From: an uncultured archaeon
GTDB taxonomy: Archaea > Asgardarchaeota > Lokiarchaeia > Sigyniarchaeales > SOKP01
NCBI GenBank assembly: GCA_964486045.1
Contig: CAZALK010000004.1
Coordinates: 128,001-192,000, forward strand
DNA length: 64,000 nucleotides
Reading direction: 5' to 3'
The notes under the pieces: model-generated
Told to the model about the DNA's origin: nothing
What the model saw: the letters and a program-made list of their open reading frames with translations, nothing else
Database searches by the model: none
Made by a program: the position numbers and the translations under genes
Part shown: positions 39,112 to 49,912 of the stretch, piece by piece
Numbering within the stretch: position 1 is the first letter of the stretch
Layout: each line of letters starts with the position of its first letter

Positions 39112-39972
39112 TTAAATTATTTTCTCATAATCAACATATGGCCGAAATTTACCTTGATTTTCTGCTTCCTTTAAAGCTCTTACATATTTTTTTAGGTTTC
39201 CCCTTACCGATTTTCTCATCATTTCCCAATCTGTATCAATAGCTCCTTCAGGGCATGATTTTTCACAATAGCAGCAATAAATGCATCCTTCATTTTGGAT
39301 TTCTGGAGGATCGCTTTCTACATTTATCGCATCAACGGGGCAATTTTCTTGACAAGTTAAACACTTAGTACATTTATCAACATTAATACTGAGCCTTGGA
39401 TGGATCTTTCTTAAAAGGGCGAGTGTTAAAAATTTTGAATCTCTTGCCCACCAAGTATCTTCGATCTCTTCAAATTTGGGGATCAAACTCGATTCTCCGT
39501 TTTGGATCCTCAAACTAATATCACATATAGTTTCACCAAATTTAATCGCCTCCTCAACCTCGATTTCATCTGGATGATTAGAAGTATGCATAATTTTTGG
39601 ATAATACTGAAGGGAGGATTCGGAGTATGAATCAAATGAACCTATAACCGTATATCCTTTTTTCGATAATTCTTCACTCATGTAATAAAGAGTATTTCCA
39701 ATAATACTCCCATGAGTACAAAAAAGGAAAGAGTGATTCCCTTTTGCCATTTCCATAGCTTGAATGAATTTAAGAACGTTAACCGGTTCTCTAAAATAAA
39801 AAGTTGGTGCTCCAATCCCAATTAAATCGTAATTATTTAAGTTTTTCGAATTTGCTCGTTTTATCCCTATAATATCGCAATCATCACCACTTCTTTCAAC
39901 CCCTTCCTTTATTTTCTCAGCAATTTTTTCAGTCCCACCTGTTTGAGAAAAATAAATAATCAACACTCTCAT
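39112..39972 (-). CDS. Flavodoxin-ferredoxin fusion (EFR1-like)
   Basis: YFSQTGGT; CTKCLTCQENCP and CIYCCYCEKSCP. Confidence 0.88.
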   Translation of the reverse strand: MRVLIIYFSQTGGTEKIAEKIKEGVERSGDDCDIIGIKRANSKNLNNYDLIGIGAPTFYFREPVNVLKFIQAMEMAKGNHSFLFCTHGSIIGNTLYYMSEELSKKGYTVIGSFDSYSESSLQYYPKIMHTSNHPDEIEVEEAIKFGETICDISLRIQNGESSLIPKFEEIEDTWWARDSKFLTLALLRKIHPRLSINVDKCTKCLTCQENCPVDAINVESDPPEIQNEGCIYCCYCEKSCPEGAIDTDWEMMRKSVRGNLKKYVRALKEAENQGKFRPYVDYEKII

Positions 39973-40083
39973 TATTCAATCATCCTTCTTAGATTCAAAT
40001 TTGTATTATTTTCTAATTAGTAATACCTTATAACATAAAAATTCTTATGGTTGATAGCATTTTATTAAATTGACTCATTACTT

Positions 40084-40677
40084 ATGATTGAATGGATTAA
40101 TTTTTTTTCTTTATTTCTCAGCACCCTTATTTTTAGCTATTTTTATACATTAAGCATCCAACCTGTTAAGAGGGAGGAAAAAAGAGGGGAACGTGCCTGG
40201 AAGGAATGTATGATGTTGCGTTCCTTATCAATAGGGCTTGAATTTATAAAAACAATCAACCTTGTGCTTTGGCCCTCATTTCCCATCCCAATTTTAAACT
40301 GGAAAATATTTTCTAATAATTTACTCGGAATTGCTATAGGAAGTATAATTAGTATTCCGTTTGCTTTTATTCTTCTCAAGGGTGTGAAAGATACAGGTTC
40401 TGAGACTATTCAACCTTCTAAGGAGTCTCTCATGAATCGTGGCATCTATAAATATATTCGTCATCCTCAATCAGCTGGAGAATTTCCATTATTTGTAGCT
40501 TTGGCTTTTGCGTTAAATTCTTGGTTTCTTGTGATAGTTATGGCTGCCCACATGATAATATATTTACCGATAATGATTTTTTTTGAAGAAAAAGATTTAA
40601 TTAGACGGTTTGGAGATAATTATCAAGATTACCAGAAAAGAACAGGCGCTATATTTCCCAAAATCAGAAAAAATTGA
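40084..40677 (+). CDS. Isoprenylcysteine carboxyl methyltransferase (ICMT/Ste14)-like membrane protein
   Basis: GIYKYIRHP, EEKDL..RFG..YQDY..RT. Confidence 0.85.
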   Translation: MIEWINFFSLFLSTLIFSYFYTLSIQPVKREEKRGERAWKECMMLRSLSIGLEFIKTINLVLWPSFPIPILNWKIFSNNLLGIAIGSIISIPFAFILLKGVKDTGSETIQPSKESLMNRGIYKYIRHPQSAGEFPLFVALAFALNSWFLVIVMAAHMIIYLPIMIFFEEKDLIRRFGDNYQDYQKRTGAIFPKIRKN

Positions 40678-40849
40678 ATATGTGAAGCTTAAATTGAGGT
40701 TTAATAAGCTAACCTTATTACAATTCTGTAGATTTTTATCTATTTGTTTACATATTTGAGAAAGATCATATTAAATGAAATTTATATGGATCCCTTTATT
40801 TTCAAATCCATACATTACACGGTTTTCAATAAATACAAAGGATAAAATA

Positions 40850-41041
40850 ATGGAGACTCAAGAATTTCAAGATGAAAAAGAACATAAAGAATCTTTAGCG
40901 AAGTATCAGATAAATCCCAAGCGTGCGATGTTTACAATCATCCTAAGCATATTTGTTGACTCACTTGGGTTTATTATGGTTCTCCCTTTATTGCCAGGAA
41001 TTTTTTTTACATTTTTCTACTTTTTCTTAGAAGATCAATAA
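40850..41041 (+). pseudogene. Truncated copy of the MFS gene at 37687 (first about 50 codons only)
   Basis: EH..L..YQINPKRAMFTIILSIFVD.LGF.MVLPLLP matches YQINPNRAMFTLILSILVDVFGFSMVLPLLP, then T-rich junk and stop. Confidence 0.85.
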
Positions 41042-41122
41042 AATTTTCGATAAACCTAATATATGAAGATTTCTTATTTAATTAGTTAATTTTCTCTTGA
41101 AATAATACACTAGTGAGGTTTC

Positions 41123-42055
41123 ATGACTCAGAACAAAACTCCCGCAAATAAAAAGATCAAATGCCCAATTTGTAATTTTGAATTCATACCAGAATCATTT
41201 CATTTTGAGAAAAGCCACTTCGACCTTGTTGAATCTAAGGGAGAACTTATGGAGTTTCATAAGGAAAAACACCAGATAGCCGTTAAACCATTTTCTTCAA
41301 TCAGAGGATCATGGGTAACATACTGCCCTGAATGTGGGTTTATGTTCAAATTTGCAGCAGAAGTAGGCAAAAAAGAAATCGTTGAGGAATCATCTCGTAT
41401 TAAAAAATTGAGTTCGTTTAAAGAATTTGGTAAGCATTATAAATACACATTCGTCCCTCAGAATAAGCCTTATATGGATTATTTGGATTATTTTATTGAA
41501 AAAGTTGATGTTATAAGGAACACTATTAAAAATGCCTTAGATGAGGTTAATTTATTCCAGTGGGGAGATCCCTATCGAGAATGGAAACATGACAAAAATG
41601 TTGATTCCTTTAAGTTTTTGGTAAGATTCTTTACCAATTTAGAGGAATATACTAAAACCCAAGTTGAAGAGTATAACAATAAAGATATGGAAGAAAAGAT
41701 TAAAGAATTAGATTTGCCAGAAGATCTTGAAATTTTAATGCATTCAATAAGAAAATTAAGAAACAAAATTGTTCATGAAGCTTATGAAATAACTGAAGAA
41801 GAGGATAACACAATTGAAAGAGCTTTTATAAAGTTTGTATCTCATTTAGTAGTGAAACAATTGAAACCATTAAATTTAGATAAAATAGAGATTGAACCTG
41901 GATATGAATTTATTGATATAAATAAGATTAATTATGAAATTCAAAATTTCTTACAGCTTTACCTCTATAGCACATTACGGATTAAAGAATTTCAAAAACT
42001 GTTTTTAAATCCGTTATTAGAAGACCTAGGAATTCTTATGCAAAATTTGTTATGA
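41123..42055 (+). CDS. Zn-ribbon plus HEPN-like domain protein
   Basis: CPIC...CPECG; helical C-terminal domain with RKLRNKIVH (RxxxxH); GAGGT RBS. Confidence 0.6.
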   Translation: MTQNKTPANKKIKCPICNFEFIPESFHFEKSHFDLVESKGELMEFHKEKHQIAVKPFSSIRGSWVTYCPECGFMFKFAAEVGKKEIVEESSRIKKLSSFKEFGKHYKYTFVPQNKPYMDYLDYFIEKVDVIRNTIKNALDEVNLFQWGDPYREWKHDKNVDSFKFLVRFFTNLEEYTKTQVEEYNNKDMEEKIKELDLPEDLEILMHSIRKLRNKIVHEAYEITEEEDNTIERAFIKFVSHLVVKQLKPLNLDKIEIEPGYEFIDINKINYEIQNFLQLYLYSTLRIKEFQKLFLNPLLEDLGILMQNLL

Positions 42056-42194
42056 TTTTCTCTTATCCTTAATCAGTGTTATCAGCGATATTTCGCTTTA
42101 ATTACTGAATAAAGGTCTCTATTTTACATTAAAATCGGAAAATGATAAATAGTTAATCAACATCCTATCTTTACAAAAAGAAGATAGAGAAAAA

Positions 42195-43160
42195 TTGACA
42201 ATAACAATCAAAATTTTTAACGGGGATGATTTTGAATTTGAAGAGTTGTTACAAATAACATATGAAATATGAAAGCAGGTATTGTTAGACAAAGGAATCA
42301 CATTTGAAGATTTAGGCACAGTTTTTAAAGAGAACTCTTTAAATGGCTCAATTAATTATGTTATAGCTTATGAAGATGAAACAATTGTTGGATGGCTTTT
42401 ACTCTATCCAACATATCATGAAACTCTTGAGATAAATTTTGGTCAGGCTCTAGGTGGTAATCCATTAGTTGCTTCAACTTACAATTGGACTGAGATTTCA
42501 TCAAATCTTCTTGCTACAACAAAAATTTTAGCAAAAAAACAAGGATATAGGAGTATTGAGATAACTCTTCCCTTAAATGGGGCAGGAGAAATTGCATCTT
42601 TCCCAAATCCAGTTACTTTATTCCGAACCCTAGGTTTTACCACTAAATTAAAATATGTTGAAATGGTGTATGATATCAATTCGAGAGAAATTCCTGAACT
42701 TATTATACCCAAGGAAATATCTATGAAATTATTGAATCACGTAGAAGAAATTGCTATATATCTGTGCTATATTGCTTCATTTGAATCGGGAGATGCTAAA
42801 TTCTTCTCTTATCAAACTAATAATGAGAGATTAGAATACTTTCAAACACTTTACGAACCAGGTATATTAAATAAAGAAGCTTCTATTGCTTTAATGAAGG
42901 ATAATATGTTAATTGGGTTTTCATATGTTTTAGAATTTGAAGATAACAGTAGACATATTAGTTGTATGTGTATCCATCCTGATTTTCAGAATACAGGATT
43001 AGGAAAACTCTTATTATTCAAGATTATCAATGTAGCCTCTAAGCAAGGAGCAAAATATATCACATTAGGAACTGAAACGGAAATGCGAGCATTTCATCTC
43101 TATAGAAATAATGGTTTTACTGTATCTGAAGGTTCTATGATTCTTCGCTGGGAATTATAA
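42195..43160 (+). pseudogene. Tandem GNAT acetyltransferase with in-frame TGA near the N-terminus
   Basis: TTG 42195 MTITIKIFNGDDFEFEELLQITYEI*KQVLLDKG.. (TGA 42270-42272) in frame with ORF 42282; C-terminal IHPDFQNTGLG and AFHLYRNNGF. Confidence 0.7.
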
Positions 43161-43328
43161 AAATTTAAACTCTTTTTCAAATTTACTAGTTTAATTTAAT
43201 TATAAGAGATTGATTTCTAGGACCATAAAAAATAGCTAAAATCCTTAATAATTGAGTTAAGAAGTTTACAATGAATAAATTCAAATGTTAGAGTTAATTT
43301 TTTAAATAAAATCATTGGATATATTGAA

Positions 43329-44045
43329 ATGAATGTAGAAAAAATCTGGAAACAGGAAGAATGGGTTGTTCATGCACGGAATATTATTGAAAACTTGGAT
43401 AAGTTTCCACTTGACTCAAGACTAATCCTAATTTTAAGACATTCTCACAGAAATGATCCAAAACCCTTAGAAAATGTTAATAAGTTAAGATTAACACCTA
43501 AAGGTCATGCTATAGCAAAGAGATTTGGTGAAAACTTACCTGAAAACAGACCTATAAGACTTTTTCATAGTATAATTTGGCGATGTGAGGAAACAGCAGA
43601 AAATATCCACGCTGGTTTTCAAAATATTGGGGGGAGCAGCGAAATAAAAGGTGTGCTTGGGCCACTCTTTGATATTGGACTGCAAGAAAAGACTTTGACG
43701 GAGAAATTCAAAAATGATCATTTTCGTAAAGTTTTGTTTCGTTGGTCTGCGGGATTTTATTCTGAAAAAGATTGGACTCCATTTACGATATATTGCCAAC
43801 AAGCAGCCCAACTCATTTGGAATCAAGAAAAAAGCGCCCCCAATAACGGAATAGATATTTATGTGACACATGACTGGCATGTAATGTCTTTTCGATTTGG
43901 TTGGTTTGGCCTTCCCCCAGACGAAAATTGGGTTAAATATCTTGGGGGATTTGCATTTACATTTGAAAACGATCATATTCTATTGTATGATCATCAGGGT
44001 TTATCGTCTTTAGAATTTCCTCACTGGTGGAAACCTAAAAATTAA
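43329..44045 (+). CDS. Histidine phosphatase superfamily protein, paralog 1
   Basis: LILRHS, LTPKG, RCEETA, VTHD. Confidence 0.88.
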   Translation: MNVEKIWKQEEWVVHARNIIENLDKFPLDSRLILILRHSHRNDPKPLENVNKLRLTPKGHAIAKRFGENLPENRPIRLFHSIIWRCEETAENIHAGFQNIGGSSEIKGVLGPLFDIGLQEKTLTEKFKNDHFRKVLFRWSAGFYSEKDWTPFTIYCQQAAQLIWNQEKSAPNNGIDIYVTHDWHVMSFRFGWFGLPPDENWVKYLGGFAFTFENDHILLYDHQGLSSLEFPHWWKPKN

Positions 44046-44064
44046 ATGTATACCAAGTGAACTA

Positions 44065-44793
44065 ATGCAAAATAATGTTGAAGTAGAAGAAGTTTGGAGC
44101 AAGGGAGTTTGGACAGAACAAGCTCGAAATCTTATCAAAAACCTTAAAGATTCTTCCTTTAATTCAAAAACTATTCTTATAATTAGACATTCACAAAGAT
44201 ATGAACCAAAACTCACAGATGAAAATCAGTATATGGAGCTTACACCACAAGGAAAAAAAATTGCTAGACTGTTTGGTACGAAATTACCTAAAAAAAGGAC
44301 AATTCGAATTTTTCATAGTCCTGTAAATCGATGTAAAGAAACCGCTGAAATAATCCGCACAGGATATAGTGAAATTGGGGGAGAAGCTATTTTTAAAGGA
44401 GAATGTAAGGCAGTATGGGGGATTGGTATAAAAAAACAATTTTTTATGTCCGAATTACAAAAATATCAATATAGAACAGTTTTTTTTAAATGGGCATCAG
44501 GTTTTTACACCACAGAGGAGTTTCCTTCTCTAATTCGATATTGTCAGAGAGGTGCAGATGTCATTTTGAATCAACTCAAATTAGCTCCTAAAAATGGAAT
44601 AGATATATATATTTCTCATGACTGGCACACAACTGCTTTTCGTTTTGGTTGGTTCGGACTACCGCCACATGATAAGTGGGTAGATTATCTCGGAGGATTT
44701 GCATTTACATTTGAGAATAACCAAATTACTTTATCTGATTATGGTGAAGTAAAGTCAATAAAAGCCCCGTATTGGTGGAAAAAGAATAAATAA
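44065..44793 (+). CDS. Histidine phosphatase superfamily protein, paralog 2
   Basis: IIRHS, LTPQG, SPVNRCKETA, ISHD; shares FRFGWFGLPP..WV.YLGGFAF with paralog 1. Confidence 0.88.
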   Translation: MQNNVEVEEVWSKGVWTEQARNLIKNLKDSSFNSKTILIIRHSQRYEPKLTDENQYMELTPQGKKIARLFGTKLPKKRTIRIFHSPVNRCKETAEIIRTGYSEIGGEAIFKGECKAVWGIGIKKQFFMSELQKYQYRTVFFKWASGFYTTEEFPSLIRYCQRGADVILNQLKLAPKNGIDIYISHDWHTTAFRFGWFGLPPHDKWVDYLGGFAFTFENNQITLSDYGEVKSIKAPYWWKKNK

Positions 44794-44831
44794 GAAAAAA
44801 AAAAAAATTAAAATAATCTTGTTAACTATCT

Positions 44832-45716
44832 TTAGCTGTTTACCTTGTTAATATTGGTAACAAGTGCTTCTAGAATTTGAGGTGCAACTTCTGGAGGGAA
44901 ACTATGTCCCATACCATCTAAAATAAGTAGTTTTGCTCCTTGTATTGCCTCGGCAGTGTCGATTCCTCCCTCAAAAGGAATGAGAGGATCTTCTCTTCCA
45001 TGCACTACCAGAGTGGGGACGGTTATTGACGCAAGGTTAGGCTTTCGATTTCCATTAGCAGAAATCGCTGCTGCTTGACGCATAATACCTACTGGATAAA
45101 AACAGCGATCATATGCTTTAGTCCTCAATATACGTGCTTGTTCTTCATTATATGGGAATGTTCCATATGTAAGGTGACCACGTTTAACTCCTTCTTCAAT
45201 ATTCGCCTTACGTTCCATCGGAAGAGGTGCAAATAACTCCTGCATTAATTCTTGGGTTGGTTGCCTTAAATCAGGGTTCCCAGTGGTGCTCATTATTGAA
45301 GTTAGACTTAACACTCTAGATTGATGTCTATATGCTATGACCTGTGCTATCATCCCTCCCATAGAAGCCCCACAGATGTGTGCTTTCTCAATATTTAGAT
45401 CATCCAAAACCCCAATTGCATCATCTGCCATATCCTCTAATGTGTAAGGTACTTCAGGTTTCTCCCCACGTGCTACAGCTGCACCTATTTCCAACAAGTT
45501 TGGTAAACCAGCGTCATCAAATTTTGTCGACAATCCAACATCTCGGTTATCGAATCTAATAACAAACAATCCTTGATTTGCTAGACCTTCACACATTTCA
45601 TCCACCCAAGCGATCATTTGACCACCAAGTCCCATAACTAATAATAAGGGTTTTGATGAGGAGTCACCAAACGTATCATATTCAATTTCTATATTATTGA
45701 CCTTTGTTTTTGGCAT
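44832..45716 (-). CDS. Alpha/beta hydrolase (esterase), paralog 4
   Basis: FDNRDVGLS, GASMGG, HGREDPL, GMGH. Confidence 0.92.
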   Translation of the reverse strand: MPKTKVNNIEIEYDTFGDSSSKPLLLVMGLGGQMIAWVDEMCEGLANQGLFVIRFDNRDVGLSTKFDDAGLPNLLEIGAAVARGEKPEVPYTLEDMADDAIGVLDDLNIEKAHICGASMGGMIAQVIAYRHQSRVLSLTSIMSTTGNPDLRQPTQELMQELFAPLPMERKANIEEGVKRGHLTYGTFPYNEEQARILRTKAYDRCFYPVGIMRQAAAISANGNRKPNLASITVPTLVVHGREDPLIPFEGGIDTAEAIQGAKLLILDGMGHSFPPEVAPQILEALVTNINKVNS

Positions 45717-45894
45717 ATTTCTTACCTTTTTAATTATTTTAAATCAAAGGTATTTTTATTTCAATTAAAATCATACTATTTTAATTTAGCTCAATATTCA
45801 ACTTATAGTCTTTAACCACAATAATTTTATAAAGTATTAGTCATATTACAATAAATCAATATCTCTATTCATAAAAATAACTGTAATCTTTAAG

Positions 45895-46830
45895 ATGTCA
45901 AACCTTAAAGCTAGAAACCGGTATAGAAATTTAGTAATACTATTTACTCTCTATTGTGTATTTTGGATTATTTTAGTAGTAATTTTGCGTGATGTGTTAA
46001 AACCTCAAACTCGGTTTGCTTTGACGCGCTTTCTTCCATTGAATGATGCACTAATAGAACTAGCTATTATTTTTAGCGTAATCTTGCCAATATCAAGCGT
46101 CATCGGTGTAATTATTGGAGGATATTTAATTACTCCTGCAGTTTTGTCTTTCCATAAGAAGATTTATGGTTCGAAAATGTACTATGGAATTCAGTATGAA
46201 AAACCTTCTATGGATGTAAGGCTATTTTCTCGATCTTTTTTCCCAGTTTTGATGGCGATTAATTTATCATCACTTTTTTTAACTCCTACTGTTATTCAGT
46301 TTATTATTGATACAGATCTGTTCGCAGAAATTGATGGAGTTTCGAAGGCGCCTGTACTAACGCGATTTTTAGCAGAAGCAATTTTATTGATGATAACTTA
46401 CGGTGTATCTACTATGTTATTCTCATCTGTTTGGTTTTTAAAAGATTCAGGAATAATATATTCAAATAAGGAGAGATTAGAGAATTCTAATGAATCCTTT
46501 ACCCTAAAATCTATTGGAGATTGGCTACAAACAATGTTTCGAGGTTACGCGGGGATTGGGTCCATCATTACCTACATAATAATCATATATGATTTTCTTA
46601 CGAATTTTATAAATCACTTAGGTTTTCCAGGAAATATTCTTAATATTCCTGGGATAATTTTGTGGATAGGATTACCATTTTATTTAGCAATTTCTCTAAT
46701 ACCAGCTTTAATTTTTAATGATTTAATCAAAAAAAGCAGAACATCATATGTAAGAAAATTTGGGAACAAAATTGGGATTAAAGACTCAGTAGTGATTTCA
46801 TTTGAACTCAAGAAAAGAGAGCGAGTGTAA
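45895..46830 (+). CDS. Hypothetical membrane protein, paralog A
   Basis: About 6 TM; HKK..G..M.YGI, DSGIIY.NK and W....GYAGI shared with 49913-50773. Confidence 0.78.
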   Translation: MSNLKARNRYRNLVILFTLYCVFWIILVVILRDVLKPQTRFALTRFLPLNDALIELAIIFSVILPISSVIGVIIGGYLITPAVLSFHKKIYGSKMYYGIQYEKPSMDVRLFSRSFFPVLMAINLSSLFLTPTVIQFIIDTDLFAEIDGVSKAPVLTRFLAEAILLMITYGVSTMLFSSVWFLKDSGIIYSNKERLENSNESFTLKSIGDWLQTMFRGYAGIGSIITYIIIIYDFLTNFINHLGFPGNILNIPGIILWIGLPFYLAISLIPALIFNDLIKKSRTSYVRKFGNKIGIKDSVVISFELKKRERV

Positions 46831-46991
46831 TTAGCAAATTTTTTTTGTACTTTTATTTTTTAATCATTACATAGACAAACTTACCTACAAAGGATTTCAA
46901 AATTTGTATCTTAAGAAATTATCTATTTATAAAATAGTGAATTTAAATACTAAATAATTAAAAGTATAATCAAAATTTTGAAGTGAAGTTC

Positions 46992-48659
46992 ATGAAAATT
47001 GTGGAAGGTTTCTTTACTGATACAAAAGAGAATTATCAATTAAATATGATAAATGTTATGAAACATGCTATTAGAAATTTCTCTCGACAGGAAATTGTTA
47101 GCAGGAAAATGGACGGAACTCTATTTCGATACACATATCTTGATTCTTATAAAAGGATGCAACAATTAGCTAATGCTTTAATTTCTATCGGGGTTAAAGT
47201 TGGTGATAGAGTAGGAGTGTTAGCTTGGAATCATTATCAACATTTCGAAATATACTATGGGTTACCTGGTACTGGAGCGGTAATGGTTTCTTTTAATCTC
47301 CGTCTTTCTATACAAGATTTATCATATGTAGTGAATCATTCCGGCGCTTCATTTATTATTGTCGATGAGGATTTAATTCCAATCGCAGAATCAATAATGG
47401 ATTCTTGTAAGAATGTGAAAGGATATATAATAATAACTGAAAAAGAGCTTAATGAGATAGAAACCAAACTAAAACCATGTTACAGTTATGAACAGCTCTT
47501 GAGTAACGCCTCTCCTTACTATAAATGGCCATATTTGGATGAAAATTCTGCTTATGCAGCATGCTATACAACAGGGACTACAGGAAAACCCAAAGGGGTC
47601 TATTATTCCCACCGTAATGCCTATATTCAGACAATTGTGTTCGCTGCACAATTTTCAATGACTGTGGATGATGTAGTTTTTCAACTAGTTCCAATGTTTC
47701 ATGTTCTTGGTTGGTCTAAACCACTCGCAGGAGCTTATGCAGGTTCTAAAATTATTTTTGCCGGGAAATGGAGTTTGGATGATCTTGAAGAGTTAACTAA
47801 TATAATGGTTCTGGAAGGAGTCACAGTTTCTGGAGCAGTACCCGCTGTTTTCATGGCTATGCTTGAATTTATAAGGAAAATGGACCAAAAACCAGATCTT
47901 TCTAAAGCCCGTTTGATTTGTGGGGGTTCAGAGCCCCCAATAGCCTTAATGCGTGGTTTTTGGGATGAAACTGGAGGTGAAATAATTCATTCATATGGTT
48001 CGACAGAAGCAATGGCTATTACTACTTTGAATTTTTTTAAACCTTGGTTGAGAAAAGAATTGTCAGAGCAAGAGTTATGGAATCTAAAGAAAAAACAGGG
48101 AACAATCGCTCCTGGACTGGACGTTAAAATAATTGATGAAGCGGGTATAGAACTCCCTTTTGATGGAAAATCTTCCGGCGAAATACTTCTTCGTGGGCCT
48201 TGGATCTCTAAAAGTTATTACAATGCCCCAACTGCTAAGGATAGTTTTACCGAGGACGGATATTACCGTAGTGGTGATGCGGGGTACCTTGACTCTGAAG
48301 GGTATCTGAAAATTACAGACAGAATAAAGGATGTTATTAAAAGCGGTGGGGAGTGGATTAGTTCCATAGATATGGAAAATACTCTAGTATCGCATTCCGC
48401 TGTTCTTGAAGCTGCGGTGATAGGAATACCTCATCAAAAATGGGTCGAAAGACCTTTAGCTCTAATAGTTTTACGCAACGAGTTTAAATCCGTGACTAAA
48501 GATGAAATTAAAAATCACCTTATCAAAACCTTTGCAAAGTGGCAGATTCCTGACGAGATTTTATTTGTCGATTCGATTCCTAGAACTAGTGTTGGGAAAC
48601 TTGATAAAAAAGTAATGCGGAACGAATATAAAGATCTTTATGTTGAAAATGAAAGTTAA
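46992..48659 (+). CDS. Medium/long-chain fatty acid-CoA ligase (AlkK/DmdB-like)
   Basis: YTTGTTGKPKG, VPMFHV, YGSTE, DRIKDVIKSGGEWISS, SVGK. Confidence 0.94.
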   Translation: MKIVEGFFTDTKENYQLNMINVMKHAIRNFSRQEIVSRKMDGTLFRYTYLDSYKRMQQLANALISIGVKVGDRVGVLAWNHYQHFEIYYGLPGTGAVMVSFNLRLSIQDLSYVVNHSGASFIIVDEDLIPIAESIMDSCKNVKGYIIITEKELNEIETKLKPCYSYEQLLSNASPYYKWPYLDENSAYAACYTTGTTGKPKGVYYSHRNAYIQTIVFAAQFSMTVDDVVFQLVPMFHVLGWSKPLAGAYAGSKIIFAGKWSLDDLEELTNIMVLEGVTVSGAVPAVFMAMLEFIRKMDQKPDLSKARLICGGSEPPIALMRGFWDETGGEIIHSYGSTEAMAITTLNFFKPWLRKELSEQELWNLKKKQGTIAPGLDVKIIDEAGIELPFDGKSSGEILLRGPWISKSYYNAPTAKDSFTEDGYYRSGDAGYLDSEGYLKITDRIKDVIKSGGEWISSIDMENTLVSHSAVLEAAVIGIPHQKWVERPLALIVLRNEFKSVTKDEIKNHLIKTFAKWQIPDEILFVDSIPRTSVGKLDKKVMRNEYKDLYVENES

Positions 48660-48676
48660 AAAGGAAATGAGATTGT

Positions 48677-49729
48677 ATGACGATTTTAGATAGAGCAAAA
48701 ATAACAAGACCAGAGATAATTAAAATCCTTGAAATACAAGATAAGCAACTTGCTCAGGCAGCATCTATATTTTTTAACATAGAAGAAAATAAAAAAATAG
48801 ATTTTGATTCTCTGTGGGCTAAGGTAATGGACGGCAATACTCGTTGGTTCAGTGGTGAAGAGGTACGAAACTTATTAACTATGAAAGAAATGCGTTTTCT
48901 TGCAAAAATGCATAGGAATGCTGTAGAAATTCGATCAAATCTTATGCAAAAGCAAGCATCCTTTATGGCTGATGTAGAAATAAACTCTGTAGATTTAGAT
49001 GGGGTTCCCGCTGAATGGCAAATTGCAGCTGGGGCAATGAAAGATAAGGTAATTTTATATTTTCATGGTGGGGGATATATTATGGGCTCACCAAATTCTA
49101 CTAGAATGATTTCGATAAAGCTTGGAATTGCCACAAAAGCGCGAATTTTAAGCATTGATTATCGGCTTGCTCCTGAAAATCCATATCCTCAAGGTATAGA
49201 AGATTGCATTTCTTCATATAAATGGCTTTTGTCAAGAGGATTCGACCCTAAAAATATAATAATCTCAGGTGATTCTGCAGGGGGATATTTTACATTAATA
49301 ACACTAATAAAACTGCGAGATGAAGGCATTCCTTTACCAGCTGGTGCTATTCTCTTCTCACCTGCTACTGATTTGGCCTTAACTGGAGAGTCTGTTATTA
49401 CAAATGGACCAACTGATCCGATTCTCGCTGACCTAGGAGTATTTTGGTGGAATGAGTGTTATCTAGCGGGGGCGGATCCTCTTAGTCCTGAAGTCTCACC
49501 TTTTTATGCTAATCCTATAAACTTACCACCTATATTAACTCAAGTGAGTACGAGTGAAATGTTATACGATGACGCCAGATTATTTGTTGAAAAAGCAAAA
49601 ATCGCAGGCGTAGATGCGATATTGCAAACCTGGGATGATACACTGCATGAATTTCAGATATATGACTTACCAGAATCTACAGAAGCATTTGAAAAAGTAA
49701 GAAAATTTGCTTATTCAATATTTAAGTAA
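48677..49729 (+). CDS. HSL-family (GDSAG) esterase/lipase
   Basis: HGGG, DYRLAPENPYP, GDSAGG, C-terminal His (LHEF). Confidence 0.93.
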   Translation: MTILDRAKITRPEIIKILEIQDKQLAQAASIFFNIEENKKIDFDSLWAKVMDGNTRWFSGEEVRNLLTMKEMRFLAKMHRNAVEIRSNLMQKQASFMADVEINSVDLDGVPAEWQIAAGAMKDKVILYFHGGGYIMGSPNSTRMISIKLGIATKARILSIDYRLAPENPYPQGIEDCISSYKWLLSRGFDPKNIIISGDSAGGYFTLITLIKLRDEGIPLPAGAILFSPATDLALTGESVITNGPTDPILADLGVFWWNECYLAGADPLSPEVSPFYANPINLPPILTQVSTSEMLYDDARLFVEKAKIAGVDAILQTWDDTLHEFQIYDLPESTEAFEKVRKFAYSIFK

Positions 49730-49912
49730 GACATTTATTACAAAAAGAATAATTAGAATAATTAGACTAAAGTACAAGTTGTAACCGAATACCTTAGCTC
49801 TTCAATTATTTTATTCTTAGTCTTTTACGGATAATTAGTAGTATGCCAAATGATTGAGTTTTTTTTAAGGACCTTATCTTCAAGAACAAAAAAAGTAAAT
49901 TGAGAGAATGAA

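Noticed and set aside
40084-40677. ICMT acting on the Rab-like GTPase
   Set aside because: The GTPase has no C-terminal Cys, the genes are 39 kb apart, and ICMT-like proteins are widespread in prokaryotes
42270-42272. Selenocysteine codon
   Set aside because: Non-catalytic position in a GNAT and no SECIS-like structure seen
44794-44807. Long homopolymer runs as retro-element poly(A) tails or phase-variation tracts
   Set aside because: They lie just downstream of stop codons and fit archaeal U-tract terminators; no TSDs or reverse transcriptase
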